Of a stretch of 62,501 nt of DNA, positions 1 to 11,500 are shown in pieces. Below the pieces are notes generated by a model. The model saw nothing but the letters and a program-made list of their open reading frames with translations. It ran no database searches and had not been told where the DNA came from. Each line of letters starts with the position of its first letter. Positions within the stretch are counted from its first letter, which is position 1. Origin of the DNA: Flavobacteriaceae bacterium (lineage in GTDB: Bacteria; Bacteroidota; Bacteroidia; Flavobacteriales; Flavobacteriaceae); contig DASWKU010000318.1 of the NCBI GenBank assembly GCA_036396455.1, positions 1 through 62,501 of the forward strand, written 5' to 3'. The translations under genes were made by a program, and so were the position numbers.

Positions 1-31
1 AAGTCAAAGGTGTGAAGCTTTAAACTTCTCA

Positions 32-280
32 CAGCAAGATAACATTTAAAACAATCTTCCTCTGTCTATTACAGAAGCCTCTTTAGAACAAGAGGATAAG
101 ATCACCAAACAGTTCTATAAGGATTACTCGACATTTAAACACAAACTTTTAAGCATTTCTCCTAGAACACTACAAAACCCACATATCAATTTCACAATAC
201 CCTTTACAAAAGTGGGAGGAGCCATTTACAATAATTACGATGAAATCCAAAAAATACTAGAAGATAAAAGCTTTAAATAA
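32..280 (+). pseudogene. Chimeric relic: fragment of a Type IIG R-M gene (32-148) joined in frame to the C-terminal half of an HTH_17/excisionase-like gene
   Basis: Manual translation QQDNI*NNLPLSITEASLEQEDKITKQFYKDYSTFKHKL matches the R-M protein encoded at 19761-19877 (27/39 identical, one internal stop). It continues as LSISPRTLQN..FTIPFTKVGGAIYNNYDEIQKIL, which resembles Bacteroidota MerR-like excisionase HTH proteins. Confidence 0.75.
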
Positions 281-396
281 AAACATTTTATCTGTGATAT
301 TTAAGCTGTAATGTGACGAGCAATAAACTTATTTTCTTGAAATGATATATTTTATATAATAAATTTATACATTGGTTCAATTGGCAAAACTTTTAT

Positions 397-3126
397 ATGC
401 AAAGATTGTTTTCATACAATATTATAAGACCACTTATTCTGATAAGCATCTTTTGTCTATTTAGTTGCAGTAATGATGGAAATCAAAAGGTATATAAAAT
501 AGGCTTTTCACAATGTATAAGTGACCATCCTTGGCGACAGGCCATGAATCATTCAATGGAGGTTCAAGCCTCATTATTACCTGAAATTGAGCTTAAAATT
601 TATGAAGCAGATAACGACCTTGAGTTGCAGATTGAACAGATTGATAAGATGATATCTGATGGTTTTGATGCTATTATTATTTCTCCTATGCTATCTGACA
701 AATTGGTTCCCGTTATTTCCAAGGCATTTGATAAAGGCATACCTGTAGTCATAATAGATCGTAAGATTTACTCAAATAAGTATACGGCTTATGTGGGTGC
801 CGACAATTTGGAAGTAGGCAGAAATGCAGGAAATTTCATCGCCAATTTGGCAAAAGCCCCAACAAATGTAATAGAACTTAAAATTGGAGACAATGCTTCC
901 CCTTCAGTTGAACGGAGCCAAGGATTTCATGAGGTGGTTGACAGTTTAGAAAATATAAATGTAATAGCAAGTATTAATTACACCAATCCTACAGAACATA
1001 AAAAAATATTATCACGTATTCTCGATTCACTTGAAAATCAACATGTCGATTTTTTCTATGCCTTTAATGATGTATTGGCATTTGAATCATGGCAAATTGC
1101 TAAAGAAAAAGGGGTCTCAAATAAAATAAATTTTATTGGTGTTGATGGCCTTAATAATGATAATGGAGGTATAGACTTGGTTAGAAAAGGTATTCTAAAA
1201 GCCTCGATTCTGTATCCTACTGGCGGTGCAGAAGCTATTAATTTAGTGGCAAAGATTGTAAAGGGTGAAGAAGTACCTAAAATCAACCCGCTTAATACTA
1301 CCATTATAGATATCCACAATGCTGATATAATGAAAAATCAATTTGATAAAATTGATCAACATCAGAACGATATAGAAAAGCAGCAAGAAAAAATAAAACA
1401 ACAGGAAAAAACATATACCACTCAAAATAATACCTTAAAGTTGCTTGCTGCTTTATTGATAATAAGTATTCTTTTGGCTGCATTGAGTATTTATTCAGGT
1501 AATAGACTAAAAAAGAAAAAAAGAGAACTGGAATTACGAAATAAAAAAATTACAATACAGCGAAATCAAATTGAAAAAATAAACGAAGCCAAGACCAATT
1601 TTTTTACTGGTTTATCTCACGAGTTTAAAACTCCCATTACCTTGATTCTATCCTCTATTGAATCTTTGACAGAAAACAAGTCCGTTAGAGACAGTAAATT
1701 TACAAGAGAAGTCGGACTGATATTCAATAATTCAAAGCGATTATTGCGTCTCATAAATCAGTTAATTGATTTTAGGAAAATTGAAGACCGCAAGTTTATT
1801 CTAAAAGCATCCAACACAAATTTGTATCTTTTTTCGAAAGAAATTGTAGGGGACTTTGAACGTGAAGCACAGAAAAGGAACATTAATTTCTCTTTAGAAA
1901 CGAATAATGAATATTTAAATGTTTATTTAGACAGAAACTTAATGGATAAAATTTACTTCAATTTGCTATCCAATGCTTTTAAATTTACACCGAACAATGG
2001 CACAATTAAAATCAATATTGTTGATGATTTGGAAAGTAATTTTGTGAAGATATATTTTAAGGACTCTGGAATTGGAATACCAAATGCAGAAATATCAAAC
2101 GTTTTTAAAGCATTTTATCAAGGCTCCAACAATAACAAATCTAGTTCGGGAATAGGATTGCACCTGTCAAAAGAATTTGTGGAATTACATAAAGGGTCAA
2201 TTGAAGTACAATCAATCAATGGTGCTGAATTTATTATTACATTGTATAAAGGAAATGTGCATTTAAATTCCGATGAGATTGTTTATGAACCAGAAATTGT
2301 TGATAATACTGTTTTAAGCTTTGATTTGGATTATGAAGATGATGCATTCATTATGCAAAACAAATCAAATGAAGATTCTCGCCATTCAGTTTTGATTATT
2401 GAGGACAATCCAGATTTGGTAAAATATTTGAGCAGTAAGTTGTCGTTTGAATTTAGTGTTTATACATCAGATGGTAGTGATGCAATTGATAAAGCGTTTG
2501 AACATGTTCCAGATATTATTATATGTGATGTGAATTTACCTAGTAAAAGTGGATTTGAGATTTGTCAAATATTGAAGAAAGATATGAGGACATCTCATAT
2601 TCCAACCATAATATTAACAGCCAATGATAATAAGGAATCTTATGTTAATGGCTTACAATCTGGAGCCGATTTATATTTAACCAAACCGTTTAGTTTTACA
2701 ATATTATACCAATCAATTAAAAACCAATTATTTAACCGTGAAAGACTACGAAAATATTACATAAAGAATATATATAAAATTGAGGGCAATGGTCAAATGG
2801 GCTTGTATGAACAAGACTTCATTGCTAATATGAATCAATTAATTCTTGAAAATATTGACGATTCAACTTTTTCAGTGGAGCAATTGGCCAATCAATTAAA
2901 TATTTCTAGAGTTCAACTTTATAGGAAAATAAAAGCTATTTTAGATATCAATGTAAGTGATTATATTCAAAATTTCAGATTGGAGAAAGCCAAAGTCCTC
3001 ATAAATGATTCAAACCTTTCAATTACCGAAATAGGTTATTCGGTTGGTTTTTCTTCACCAGGATATTTTTCAAAATCATTTAAGAATAAATTTGGTAAAA
3101 CTCCAAAGTATTTCAGAAATAAATAG
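397..3126 (+). CDS. Hybrid two-component sensor/regulator with periplasmic sugar-binding domain (BT1754-like fructose sensor)
   Basis: N-terminal PBP domain (KIGFSQC..W), TM helix, HisKA (SHEFKTP), HATPase (NLLSNAFKF, DSGIGI, GIGL), receiver (DIIICDVNLP) and C-terminal AraC HTH. Confidence 0.93.
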   Translation: MQRLFSYNIIRPLILISIFCLFSCSNDGNQKVYKIGFSQCISDHPWRQAMNHSMEVQASLLPEIELKIYEADNDLELQIEQIDKMISDGFDAIIISPMLSDKLVPVISKAFDKGIPVVIIDRKIYSNKYTAYVGADNLEVGRNAGNFIANLAKAPTNVIELKIGDNASPSVERSQGFHEVVDSLENINVIASINYTNPTEHKKILSRILDSLENQHVDFFYAFNDVLAFESWQIAKEKGVSNKINFIGVDGLNNDNGGIDLVRKGILKASILYPTGGAEAINLVAKIVKGEEVPKINPLNTTIIDIHNADIMKNQFDKIDQHQNDIEKQQEKIKQQEKTYTTQNNTLKLLAALLIISILLAALSIYSGNRLKKKKRELELRNKKITIQRNQIEKINEAKTNFFTGLSHEFKTPITLILSSIESLTENKSVRDSKFTREVGLIFNNSKRLLRLINQLIDFRKIEDRKFILKASNTNLYLFSKEIVGDFEREAQKRNINFSLETNNEYLNVYLDRNLMDKIYFNLLSNAFKFTPNNGTIKINIVDDLESNFVKIYFKDSGIGIPNAEISNVFKAFYQGSNNNKSSSGIGLHLSKEFVELHKGSIEVQSINGAEFIITLYKGNVHLNSDEIVYEPEIVDNTVLSFDLDYEDDAFIMQNKSNEDSRHSVLIIEDNPDLVKYLSSKLSFEFSVYTSDGSDAIDKAFEHVPDIIICDVNLPSKSGFEICQILKKDMRTSHIPTIILTANDNKESYVNGLQSGADLYLTKPFSFTILYQSIKNQLFNRERLRKYYIKNIYKIEGNGQMGLYEQDFIANMNQLILENIDDSTFSVEQLANQLNISRVQLYRKIKAILDINVSDYIQNFRLEKAKVLINDSNLSITEIGYSVGFSSPGYFSKSFKNKFGKTPKYFRNK

Positions 3127-3162
3127 CTGATTCTCATTTTTTTCTCAACTATATTACCCAAT

Positions 3163-3295
3163 AATGTAACAAAATTACCATCCATTTAATTTTTTTATTG
3201 ACTAATTTTTTATTTTTTAATTCATAAATATCATATTATCAATTAGTTAATTTCATTTATGCTATAATTTTATCTTTTTTTTAACAATGTAACAA
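3163..3295 (+). promoter_or_regulatory. Direct repeat AATGTAACAA (3163-3172, 3286-3295), candidate HTCS operator upstream of the PUL operon
   Basis: Identical 10-mers in the intergenic region between the regulator and the first structural gene. The region is AT-rich, so support is weak. Confidence 0.35.
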
Positions 3296-3351
3296 TCCTT
3301 ATAACGATTGCATAATTGCTTTAATAGATTTACAAAAAATCAATTTAGGTA

Positions 3352-4674
3352 ATGAGCAAAAAAATACTAATCTGGTCCATTACAGCAGCCTTGGCTGGTT
3401 TCTTATTTGGGTTTGACACAGTAGTAATATCAGGTGCAGAAAAGAAGTTACAGTTATTATGGGGTTCATCAGATATGTTCCATGGTATTGTAGTCATCGG
3501 AATGGCACTATGGGGAACAGTGATTGGTGCTTTTTTTGGAGGTATTCCAACCAATAAAATTGGTCGTAAAAAAACGTTGATTTGGATTGGTGTTTTTTAT
3601 ACTATATCTGCATTGGGTTCAGCTTTAGCCAACGACCCAATTACCTTTGCTGTTTTTAGGTTCATTGGAGGTTTAGGTGTGGGTGCATCAACTATTGCAG
3701 CACCTGCCTATATATCCGAAATTGCACCTGCAAAAGATAGAGGTAAATTAGTTGGTCTCTATCAATTCAATATTGTATTAGGTATTCTAGTTGCTTTTGC
3801 ATCTAATTATTTACTTAACAGTGTTGGCGAGAATGCGTGGCGTTGGATGGTAGGTGTAGAAGCAATTCCAGCTGCTTTATACACAATGTTTGCCCTGACA
3901 CTACCAAAAAGCCCACGTTGGCTGCTTACCAAATTCAGAAACAATGAGGCCAAACGTGTTCTTAAAATAATCAACCCTGATCTTGATCCCGAAAAATTAA
4001 TGGTGGAGATCAAAGATGAAATGGAACATACAGTTCCTAATGAGAACATTTTTCTAAAAAAATATAGATTTCTAATAATTCTAGCTTTTCTGATAGCCTT
4101 TTTTAATCAACTATCGGGGATCAATGCCTTCTTATATTATGCGCCTCGAATTTTAACGGAGGCCGGTCTTGAAGAAAGCTCAGCACTTTTAAGTAGCATA
4201 GGTGTTGGGATTACCAATTTGGTGTTTACACTTTTAGGAATTTATCTCATAGATAAATTAGGAAGAAAACAACTTATGTACTATGGTTCTATTGGTTACA
4301 TCATTTCGTTGACTTTGGTGGCTTGTGGGTTCTTCTTTAATTGGCAGGGAAGCAGTATGCCTATATTCCTATTTATGTTCATAGCAGCACACGCCATAGG
4401 ACAAGGCACAGTGATATGGGTATTTATTTCTGAAATTTTCCCAAATCATTTAAGAGGTTCAGGACAATCTTTTGGTAGCTCAGTGCATTGGGTGTTGGCT
4501 GCTGTTGTACCTTCTTTGGTACCCATCCTATTCGCGACAATTGGAGCTGGTGTAGTATTTCTGTTTTTTGCGATTATGATGGTTTTTCAGTTACTGTTTG
4601 TGGCATTTTTGATGCCGGAAACCAATGGTGTTTCATTGGAAGAATTAAGTAAAAAATTAATAAAGGAAGTTTAA
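3352..4674 (+). CDS. MFS sugar porter (probable fructose permease)
   Basis: GFLFGFDT, GRKK, YISEIAP..RG, SEIFP..RG and PETNG motifs; located in a fructan PUL. Confidence 0.92.
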   Translation: MSKKILIWSITAALAGFLFGFDTVVISGAEKKLQLLWGSSDMFHGIVVIGMALWGTVIGAFFGGIPTNKIGRKKTLIWIGVFYTISALGSALANDPITFAVFRFIGGLGVGASTIAAPAYISEIAPAKDRGKLVGLYQFNIVLGILVAFASNYLLNSVGENAWRWMVGVEAIPAALYTMFALTLPKSPRWLLTKFRNNEAKRVLKIINPDLDPEKLMVEIKDEMEHTVPNENIFLKKYRFLIILAFLIAFFNQLSGINAFLYYAPRILTEAGLEESSALLSSIGVGITNLVFTLLGIYLIDKLGRKQLMYYGSIGYIISLTLVACGFFFNWQGSSMPIFLFMFIAAHAIGQGTVIWVFISEIFPNHLRGSGQSFGSSVHWVLAAVVPSLVPILFATIGAGVVFLFFAIMMVFQLLFVAFLMPETNGVSLEELSKKLIKEV

Positions 4675-4678
4675 AAAT

Positions 4679-6208
4679 ATGAAACGTCAACTCTTACTAA
4701 TACTTTGTTTGTCCTTTTTTGTAGCATGCAAGTTCAATAATGGCTATGATCAAGAAAGTTCAACCATAGGTATAATAATGCATTCTGAAGAAGAACTATA
4801 CCGTCCAAGATTTCACTTTACACCAAAAACAAGTTGGATGAATGATCCTAACGGGTTGGTTTATTTAAATGGGAATTACCATTTATTTTATCAATACTAT
4901 CCAGACAGCACAGTTTGGGGGCCGATGCATTGGGGACATGCAAAAAGCAAAGATCTTCTTCAATGGGAACATAGACCCATTGCCCTCTATCCAGACTCTC
5001 TTGGGTATATTTTTTCGGGAAGCGCAGTTATTGACAAGAACGATACTTCTGGCTTTGGAAAAGATGCCATGGTTGCTATGTACACCTATCATGATCCTGT
5101 TAAGGAAAAAGCGGGTGAAATTGATTTTCAAACTCAGGGTATAGCTTTTAGTAATGATGAAGGCGAAAGTTGGAAAAAGTATGAAAACAATCCTGTTATC
5201 AAAAATCCTGGGATTAGAGATTTCCGTGATCCAAAAATGTTTTGGAATGAAGAGAAATCAATTTGGCAAATGGTTTTGGTGGCAAAAGATCATGTTCAGT
5301 TTTATGAATCCAAAAATCTAAAAGATTGGTCTAAAATAAGTGAGTTTAAATTTGAGGATAACCCACCTTTGGGTGTCTGGGAATGTCCAGATTTATTTAA
5401 GTTGAAAGTTGATGGAACCCAAGAAGAAAAATGGGTACTAATAGTGAGTCATGGTAATGGAGCTCCAAATGGCGGTTCAGGAACGCGGTATTTTGTTGGA
5501 GATTATGATGGAACATCCTTTACAACCAATCAGAAAACTAGTCGTTGGGTAGATTATGGAACCGATAATTATGCTGGGGTCACTTTTAATAATGAGCCAA
5601 ACGACAAGAGAATTTTTATAGGTTGGATGAGCAATTGGAATTATGCTACAACTACACCTACCAAAACATGGCGAAGCGCCATGACGCTTCCTAGAGAGTT
5701 GTCATTATATAAAAATAATAATCAATATTACTTAAAGAGTGGTTTATTAAAAGGTTTTGCTCTCATAACAAATGCCATTCCTGAAAACGAAATTACAGGA
5801 GAAGTACCTTATACTTTTAGTTATGATAAGTTACAAGAAAGTATGATTTCATTTGATGCTGAAATACAGGATAGTATCAATATCGTCTTGTCAAACAATA
5901 ATAATGAAGCTTTTAAAATCAGTTACAATACTGTTGAAGGTATATTGAGGCTTGACAGAAGCCAATCAGGACAAGTTGATTTTAATGAAAAATTTAAAAA
6001 CAGTTCAATTCAAACTTTGTCTATTGGAAAAGTGGATAAACTGTCTTTTAAATTGGTTTTGGATGCTTCTTCAATTGAAATATTTATCAATGATGGAGAT
6101 TATGTCATGACCAATCAAATATTTCCAACAGAAAATTACACATCCTTTAGGTTAAATAAGGAAGTAATTATTAAAAATTTTAAAATAAATTCAATAAGTC
6201 ATGATTAA
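4679..6208 (+). CDS. GH32 beta-fructofuranosidase/levanase, lipoprotein
   Basis: Canonical WMNDPNG, RDP and WECP motifs; lipobox FVAC. Confidence 0.95.
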   Translation: MKRQLLLILCLSFFVACKFNNGYDQESSTIGIIMHSEEELYRPRFHFTPKTSWMNDPNGLVYLNGNYHLFYQYYPDSTVWGPMHWGHAKSKDLLQWEHRPIALYPDSLGYIFSGSAVIDKNDTSGFGKDAMVAMYTYHDPVKEKAGEIDFQTQGIAFSNDEGESWKKYENNPVIKNPGIRDFRDPKMFWNEEKSIWQMVLVAKDHVQFYESKNLKDWSKISEFKFEDNPPLGVWECPDLFKLKVDGTQEEKWVLIVSHGNGAPNGGSGTRYFVGDYDGTSFTTNQKTSRWVDYGTDNYAGVTFNNEPNDKRIFIGWMSNWNYATTTPTKTWRSAMTLPRELSLYKNNNQYYLKSGLLKGFALITNAIPENEITGEVPYTFSYDKLQESMISFDAEIQDSINIVLSNNNNEAFKISYNTVEGILRLDRSQSGQVDFNEKFKNSSIQTLSIGKVDKLSFKLVLDASSIEIFINDGDYVMTNQIFPTENYTSFRLNKEVIIKNFKINSISHD

Positions 6209-8432
6209 TAAAAACGAACATAAAATATTGAATTTAAAACACTTTTTTGGGGCGTTAATTTTGGTCTTTGCTTTTAATTGTAGTAAAGCTTCTGACAGTC
6301 CTAGTCCAAATCCAAATCCAGATCCAATGCCAACCAATGTGTTAAGGGAAATTTTCGAGTTTAAATTTAGCGAAACTTCAGGTACTGTTACATCAGAGAC
6401 TTTTACAGATAATGACTTTAATGTTATGGGAAGTGCCGTAAACCGGATGGGTGGTGTTCAAGGGAATGGGTTATTTTTTGATGGGCTTTCCAATGAAGTG
6501 AAGGGAACATTGCCAACCAGTCAAATGCCCAATATGAATTTTGTTGTGTCTTTATGGACATCACCGAAAGCTTATCCAATTGGAAAAGCCGCCATGTTGG
6601 CTTTAACTTCTATAAACTCTAATACAGGAGTAATGGTAGGGTTGAATAAATACGGACAGATAGTTGTTCAATATTATATAAATGGTGCTTTTTCTGAACA
6701 AATTACTACTGAAAGTTTAAAAAGAGATCAGTGGAATCATGTAGTCGTTGGCTTGACTTCAGAAAAGAAATATGTTATAATTTATTTAAATGGTGTTGCA
6801 CTTAAAACTGCTAATGTGCCATCGGGGAGCATCTCTTGGCCAACAACCAACACCCCTGTGTCCATAGGTAAAAACACAATGAATGAAATGATGGGTATTT
6901 ACGATATTGATTATTTCTCAGGTGCATTAGATGAGATAAAAATTTATGCTGGTGAAGCTACTCAAGAAAATGTTAATAAAATAAAAAACAACTACAATGC
7001 TCCAAACACAGTAAATTATTCAAACAGCATAGATTTTTCTGGTGATAGTAATCGTCCTACATATCATCCAATTCCTGATTATGGTTGGGCGAATGAATCT
7101 TATGGATTGATATACCAAGGTAATAAATACCACATGTTTTATCAAAAAAACGAGGTGTTTTTGGGTATCTCTCAACAAAATTGGGGCCACTTCACAAGTA
7201 CAGATTTGGTGAAATGGGATGAACAAAATGCAGTATTATGGCCTACTCCAGGTTGGGATAATTTTGGTATTTGGAGTGGAGGCTCAATAATTCTTCAAGA
7301 TGGTACGCCTGCAGTTGTGTATACAGGAGTTGATGGAGTAAAAGCGGGGATAGGAACAGCCACTTCTTCTGATAATTATCAAACTCTTAATAAAAATCAG
7401 AGTAATCCAGTAATTCCAACTGCTCCAAACACAGTTGATATGGATTTTCGCGATCCTTTTGTGTGGTTTAAAGACGGAAAATATCATATGATTATAGGTA
7501 GTGGTATTTCGTCTACCGGAGGTAATGTAGTGTACTATAGTAGCACAAATTTTAATAGCTGGACTTATGGAGGCATTTCTTTACAAGGGAGTAAGGCTAA
7601 TGGGGAAGGTGCCTTTTGGGAAGTACCCATTTTATATGAATTTCCTAACGGAAAAGAAATGTTATTGGTGCAAAAAACACCAGATGCAACTCCAGCCAGG
7701 ACATTTTATTGGATTGGGGAATTTGAAAACGGAATGTTTACACCAGATTTTACAATACCTAAAAATTTAGAAGTAGTTAATGGTTTTTTATCTCCTACTG
7801 TTACAACTGATCAAACTGGTCTCACCACAGCAATTGGTATTATACCAGATGAAGTAAATGCAGACTTCCAAATGGAACAAGGTTGGGCCAATTTATTTAG
7901 TGTACCTCAAGTTTGGGATCTTGACGCAAACAATAATGTTATAGTAAAACCGCACCCCAATTTAAACAGTTTGCGAGGTAGCGTAATTAGTTTTAATGGA
8001 CTATCCATCCAAGCTGGAGGCTCAAATTATTTGAATAATTACAATGGACGTCATTTTGAAATGGAAGCTATAATTAATACAGGTGATGCGAATCAGATAG
8101 GGTTTATTTTCGGTAAAACACCCAATAATGAAGAGTTTTATAGAGTATATTATGATATGATAACCCAAGAATGGGTGGTTGATGCTGCTAACTCATCTTT
8201 AAGTACTAAAGTAAGACGTGATGTTAGAAAAGGGTCTTATTCCATTTCTCCAGGAAGTACAATTAATTTAAGAATATTTATTGATGGTTCCGTTTTAGAA
8301 GTCTTTTTAGATAATAAAGCGCATTTTACTGGACGATTTTTTCCAACATTTACCAATGCAACTGGGGTAGATTTATTTGCCATTGGAGGTACTGCAACAG
8401 CAGATATAAACTTATATGATATTAACAACTAA
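6201..8432 (+). CDS. LamG-domain GH32 lipoprotein with variant nucleophile motif
   Basis: LamG-like region (FDG..WNHV..GALDEIKIY), then WANESYG, WSGG, FRDP and WEVP, plus a GH32 C-terminal domain. Confidence 0.88.
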   Translation: MINKNEHKILNLKHFFGALILVFAFNCSKASDSPSPNPNPDPMPTNVLREIFEFKFSETSGTVTSETFTDNDFNVMGSAVNRMGGVQGNGLFFDGLSNEVKGTLPTSQMPNMNFVVSLWTSPKAYPIGKAAMLALTSINSNTGVMVGLNKYGQIVVQYYINGAFSEQITTESLKRDQWNHVVVGLTSEKKYVIIYLNGVALKTANVPSGSISWPTTNTPVSIGKNTMNEMMGIYDIDYFSGALDEIKIYAGEATQENVNKIKNNYNAPNTVNYSNSIDFSGDSNRPTYHPIPDYGWANESYGLIYQGNKYHMFYQKNEVFLGISQQNWGHFTSTDLVKWDEQNAVLWPTPGWDNFGIWSGGSIILQDGTPAVVYTGVDGVKAGIGTATSSDNYQTLNKNQSNPVIPTAPNTVDMDFRDPFVWFKDGKYHMIIGSGISSTGGNVVYYSSTNFNSWTYGGISLQGSKANGEGAFWEVPILYEFPNGKEMLLVQKTPDATPARTFYWIGEFENGMFTPDFTIPKNLEVVNGFLSPTVTTDQTGLTTAIGIIPDEVNADFQMEQGWANLFSVPQVWDLDANNNVIVKPHPNLNSLRGSVISFNGLSIQAGGSNYLNNYNGRHFEMEAIINTGDANQIGFIFGKTPNNEEFYRVYYDMITQEWVVDAANSSLSTKVRRDVRKGSYSISPGSTINLRIFIDGSVLEVFLDNKAHFTGRFFPTFTNATGVDLFAIGGTATADINLYDINN

Positions 8433-8561
8433 AACCAAAATCCAATGGAAAAAATTATATAAAAAGAACTCTTATGTCCAATTTGAATTCTTGATTTCAT
8501 AAAATCATTTCCAGTTCAATTTAAGAAATGAAAGTTTTACTAACAAAATCAATTAAACTAA

Positions 8562-11500
8562 ATGAAGAACAAATTTTTAATTAATATGAAACAACTAAAA
8601 TTTATTTGTTTGTTTTTATTTTCAATGGTCGCCTTCGGTCAGGATGTAACAATTAATGGATCCGTTACCTCGGAAAGTGATGGACAAGTCTTACCTGGAG
8701 CAACCGTTTTAATACAAGGAACAAACAAGGGAACAACAACTGATTTTGATGGAAACTATCAGTTGGAAGCAAAACAGGGAGATGTATTGGTTATTTCCTA
8801 TGTAGGTTATAAGGAGGCTAAAATTACTGTGGCTGATGGAGCAAATTACAATGTAGTGCTACAAGAAGATATTGCACAGCTTGAGATTGTTATTGTGACT
8901 GGGTATGCTACTGAAAAGAAGAAAGACATCACAGGTGCCATTACGGTTGTTGATGTTGATGAATTAAATTCAGTAGCAACGCCTAATGTTATATCAAAAC
9001 TGCAATCTAAAGTACCGGGGTTATCGTTAACTTCATCTGGAGTTCCTGGTGGAAATGACACACAAATATCCATTCGGGGATTGACATCTGTATTTGGCGG
9101 TACTGGTCCATTATGGGTAATAGATGGTGTGCAAACTAGCAGTCCAGCAGGTTTAAATCCAAATGATATTGAAAGCATTCAAGTTTTAAAAGATGCTGCA
9201 TCGGCGGGTATTTATGGAACTGAAGCTGCAAGAGGTGTCATTATTGTTACCACTAAACAAGCAAAAAGTGGAACTACCAAAATTACATTAGATTCTCGTA
9301 TAACTTTAAATACGATTAGAGAGGATTTTAGTGTTTTAGGTGCTCAAGATTGGCTAGATGTAAGATATCGTGCAAATGGAGGAGTTCCAGTAGTGGCAGG
9401 AAACTTTGTGTATACTCCGGGGACTCCCTTGCCAGAGTTTTTAGATGCTAATAATAACTTGAGGGTTTCTAATACTAATTGGGTAGATGTGATTACTAAA
9501 AATGCAATTTCTACAACGACCGATTTTGGATATTCTGTTGCAAAAAATAACTGGAAAATATTTGGTGGTTTAGGCTATGCAAAAGATGATGGCATTATAC
9601 GAAATACTTATTACGAACGTGCCACTTTAAGATTAAATACAAGTATTAAATTACTAAAAGACAAATTAACAATTGGAGAAAATTTAACGGTTGCAAACTT
9701 TCAGGAAGTAAGAGGAAATTCCATGGAAGAGGCCTTACTTCAAAACCCTTTAATCCCAGTTTATGGAGAAGATGGTAGTTGGGGAGGCCCTACAGGAGCT
9801 GGATTGCAAGATAAATGGAATCCATTGGCTATTTTGCACATAAATAAAGATAATGTACAGAAAACCTGGAGAACATTCGGTAATGTTTATGCAGATTACG
9901 AAATTATTGAAGGATTAAAGTTTAGTACCAAATTTAATTTTGACCACAATAGTTTTAAGTTTAACGAACATACGGCTTCGTTTAATCAAAATGGGAGTAC
10001 ACTAGGTAATATATTTATTCTTGACGGACAAGATTATCAAAGATTTTCAAGAGACAGAAATGTTTCAGATACTTATATTTTTACCAATTTGCTTTCTTAT
10101 AGCAAAGAATTTGGAAGCCATTCAATAAGTGCTTTTGTTGGACATGAAACGTTTAGAAAAGTTCAGGATAATGAACACTTTAGAATAAGAGTTCCTTTAG
10201 GAACCAATGTTGACTTTGGAAATATTGATCAATATGAAATAATTGAAGATTCATCAATTTTAGATGCCTATGGCATTGGAGCTGATAGTAAAAGGGAGTC
10301 TATGTTTGGTAAAGTCTCTTATGACTATTCCGATAAGTATTATGCATCTGCCAGTGTTCGTCGTGACGGAAATTCTCGTTTTGGAAGAAATAACAGATAT
10401 GGTGTATTTCCAACAGCTTCTGTTGGTTGGACTATTAGTAATGAGAACTTCATGGAAGATTCAAAAGCAATTAATAATTTAAAGTTAAGAGCTTCATGGG
10501 GAGGAAATGGTAATGCCGATATTTTAGAATATGCTCAATATTCATTTTTTGAACAAGCTTTAGAAAACAGTAATTATGATTTATCTGGAGGTGGCACAGG
10601 ACCAATTGATTTAGGTGTTTCCCCAAACCAAGTGGGTAACCCAGATTTGAAATGGGAACAATCCTATCAGACAAATGTTGGTTTGGATGCCAGTTTATTT
10701 GATAGCCGTATCAATTTTGTTGTTGATGTTTATAAAAAGACCACATCAGATCTTTTACTTCAAACCATACAACCTTCCGTACTTGGTGAAGCAGGAAGTA
10801 CCTTGTTCTTTAATGCTGGAGATATGGAAAACAAAGGAATTGATATCGTTTTAGGATATTCTTCTAAATTAAAAAACGACTTTAAATTTGGAGTGGATCT
10901 CACGTACTCTGCTTACAAAAATGAAGTTACTTCTATAAACGATTCCGACAACTTTATACTTCAAGGTGTATCTTTTACAGGTGTAGGACATCCAATAGGG
11001 TCTTACTTTGGTTATGTTGCCGATGGGTTATTTAGAACGCCAGAAGAAGTAGCCGTTCATGCAGAACAAACGGGTAAAGCACTTGGCAATATAAGATATA
11101 GGGATTTAAATGGTGATGGTGTAGTAAACCAAGATGATAGAACCATTATTGGAAATCCGCACCCAGATTTTATATATGGCATTAACTTATCTTCTTCTTA
11201 TAAAAACTGGGATTTCGGATTATTCTTTGATGGCCGTCAAGGAAACGATATGTACAATGCACAAAGAGAACTTTTGGATTTCCCATACTTCGGGTTTAAT
11301 CATGGTTTAAACACTTTGGATGCTTGGTCGCCAAGTAATGCAAACTCAACAATTCCTGCCTTAAGCACGGCCGATTCAAACGATCAAAAAAGAGCATCAA
11401 CTTATTTCATAGAAGACGGCTCGTTTTTTAGGCTTAAAAGTGTAAACATATCCTATAACATTGATTCAGAAAGGTTGAGTAAACTGGGATTAAAAACTGC

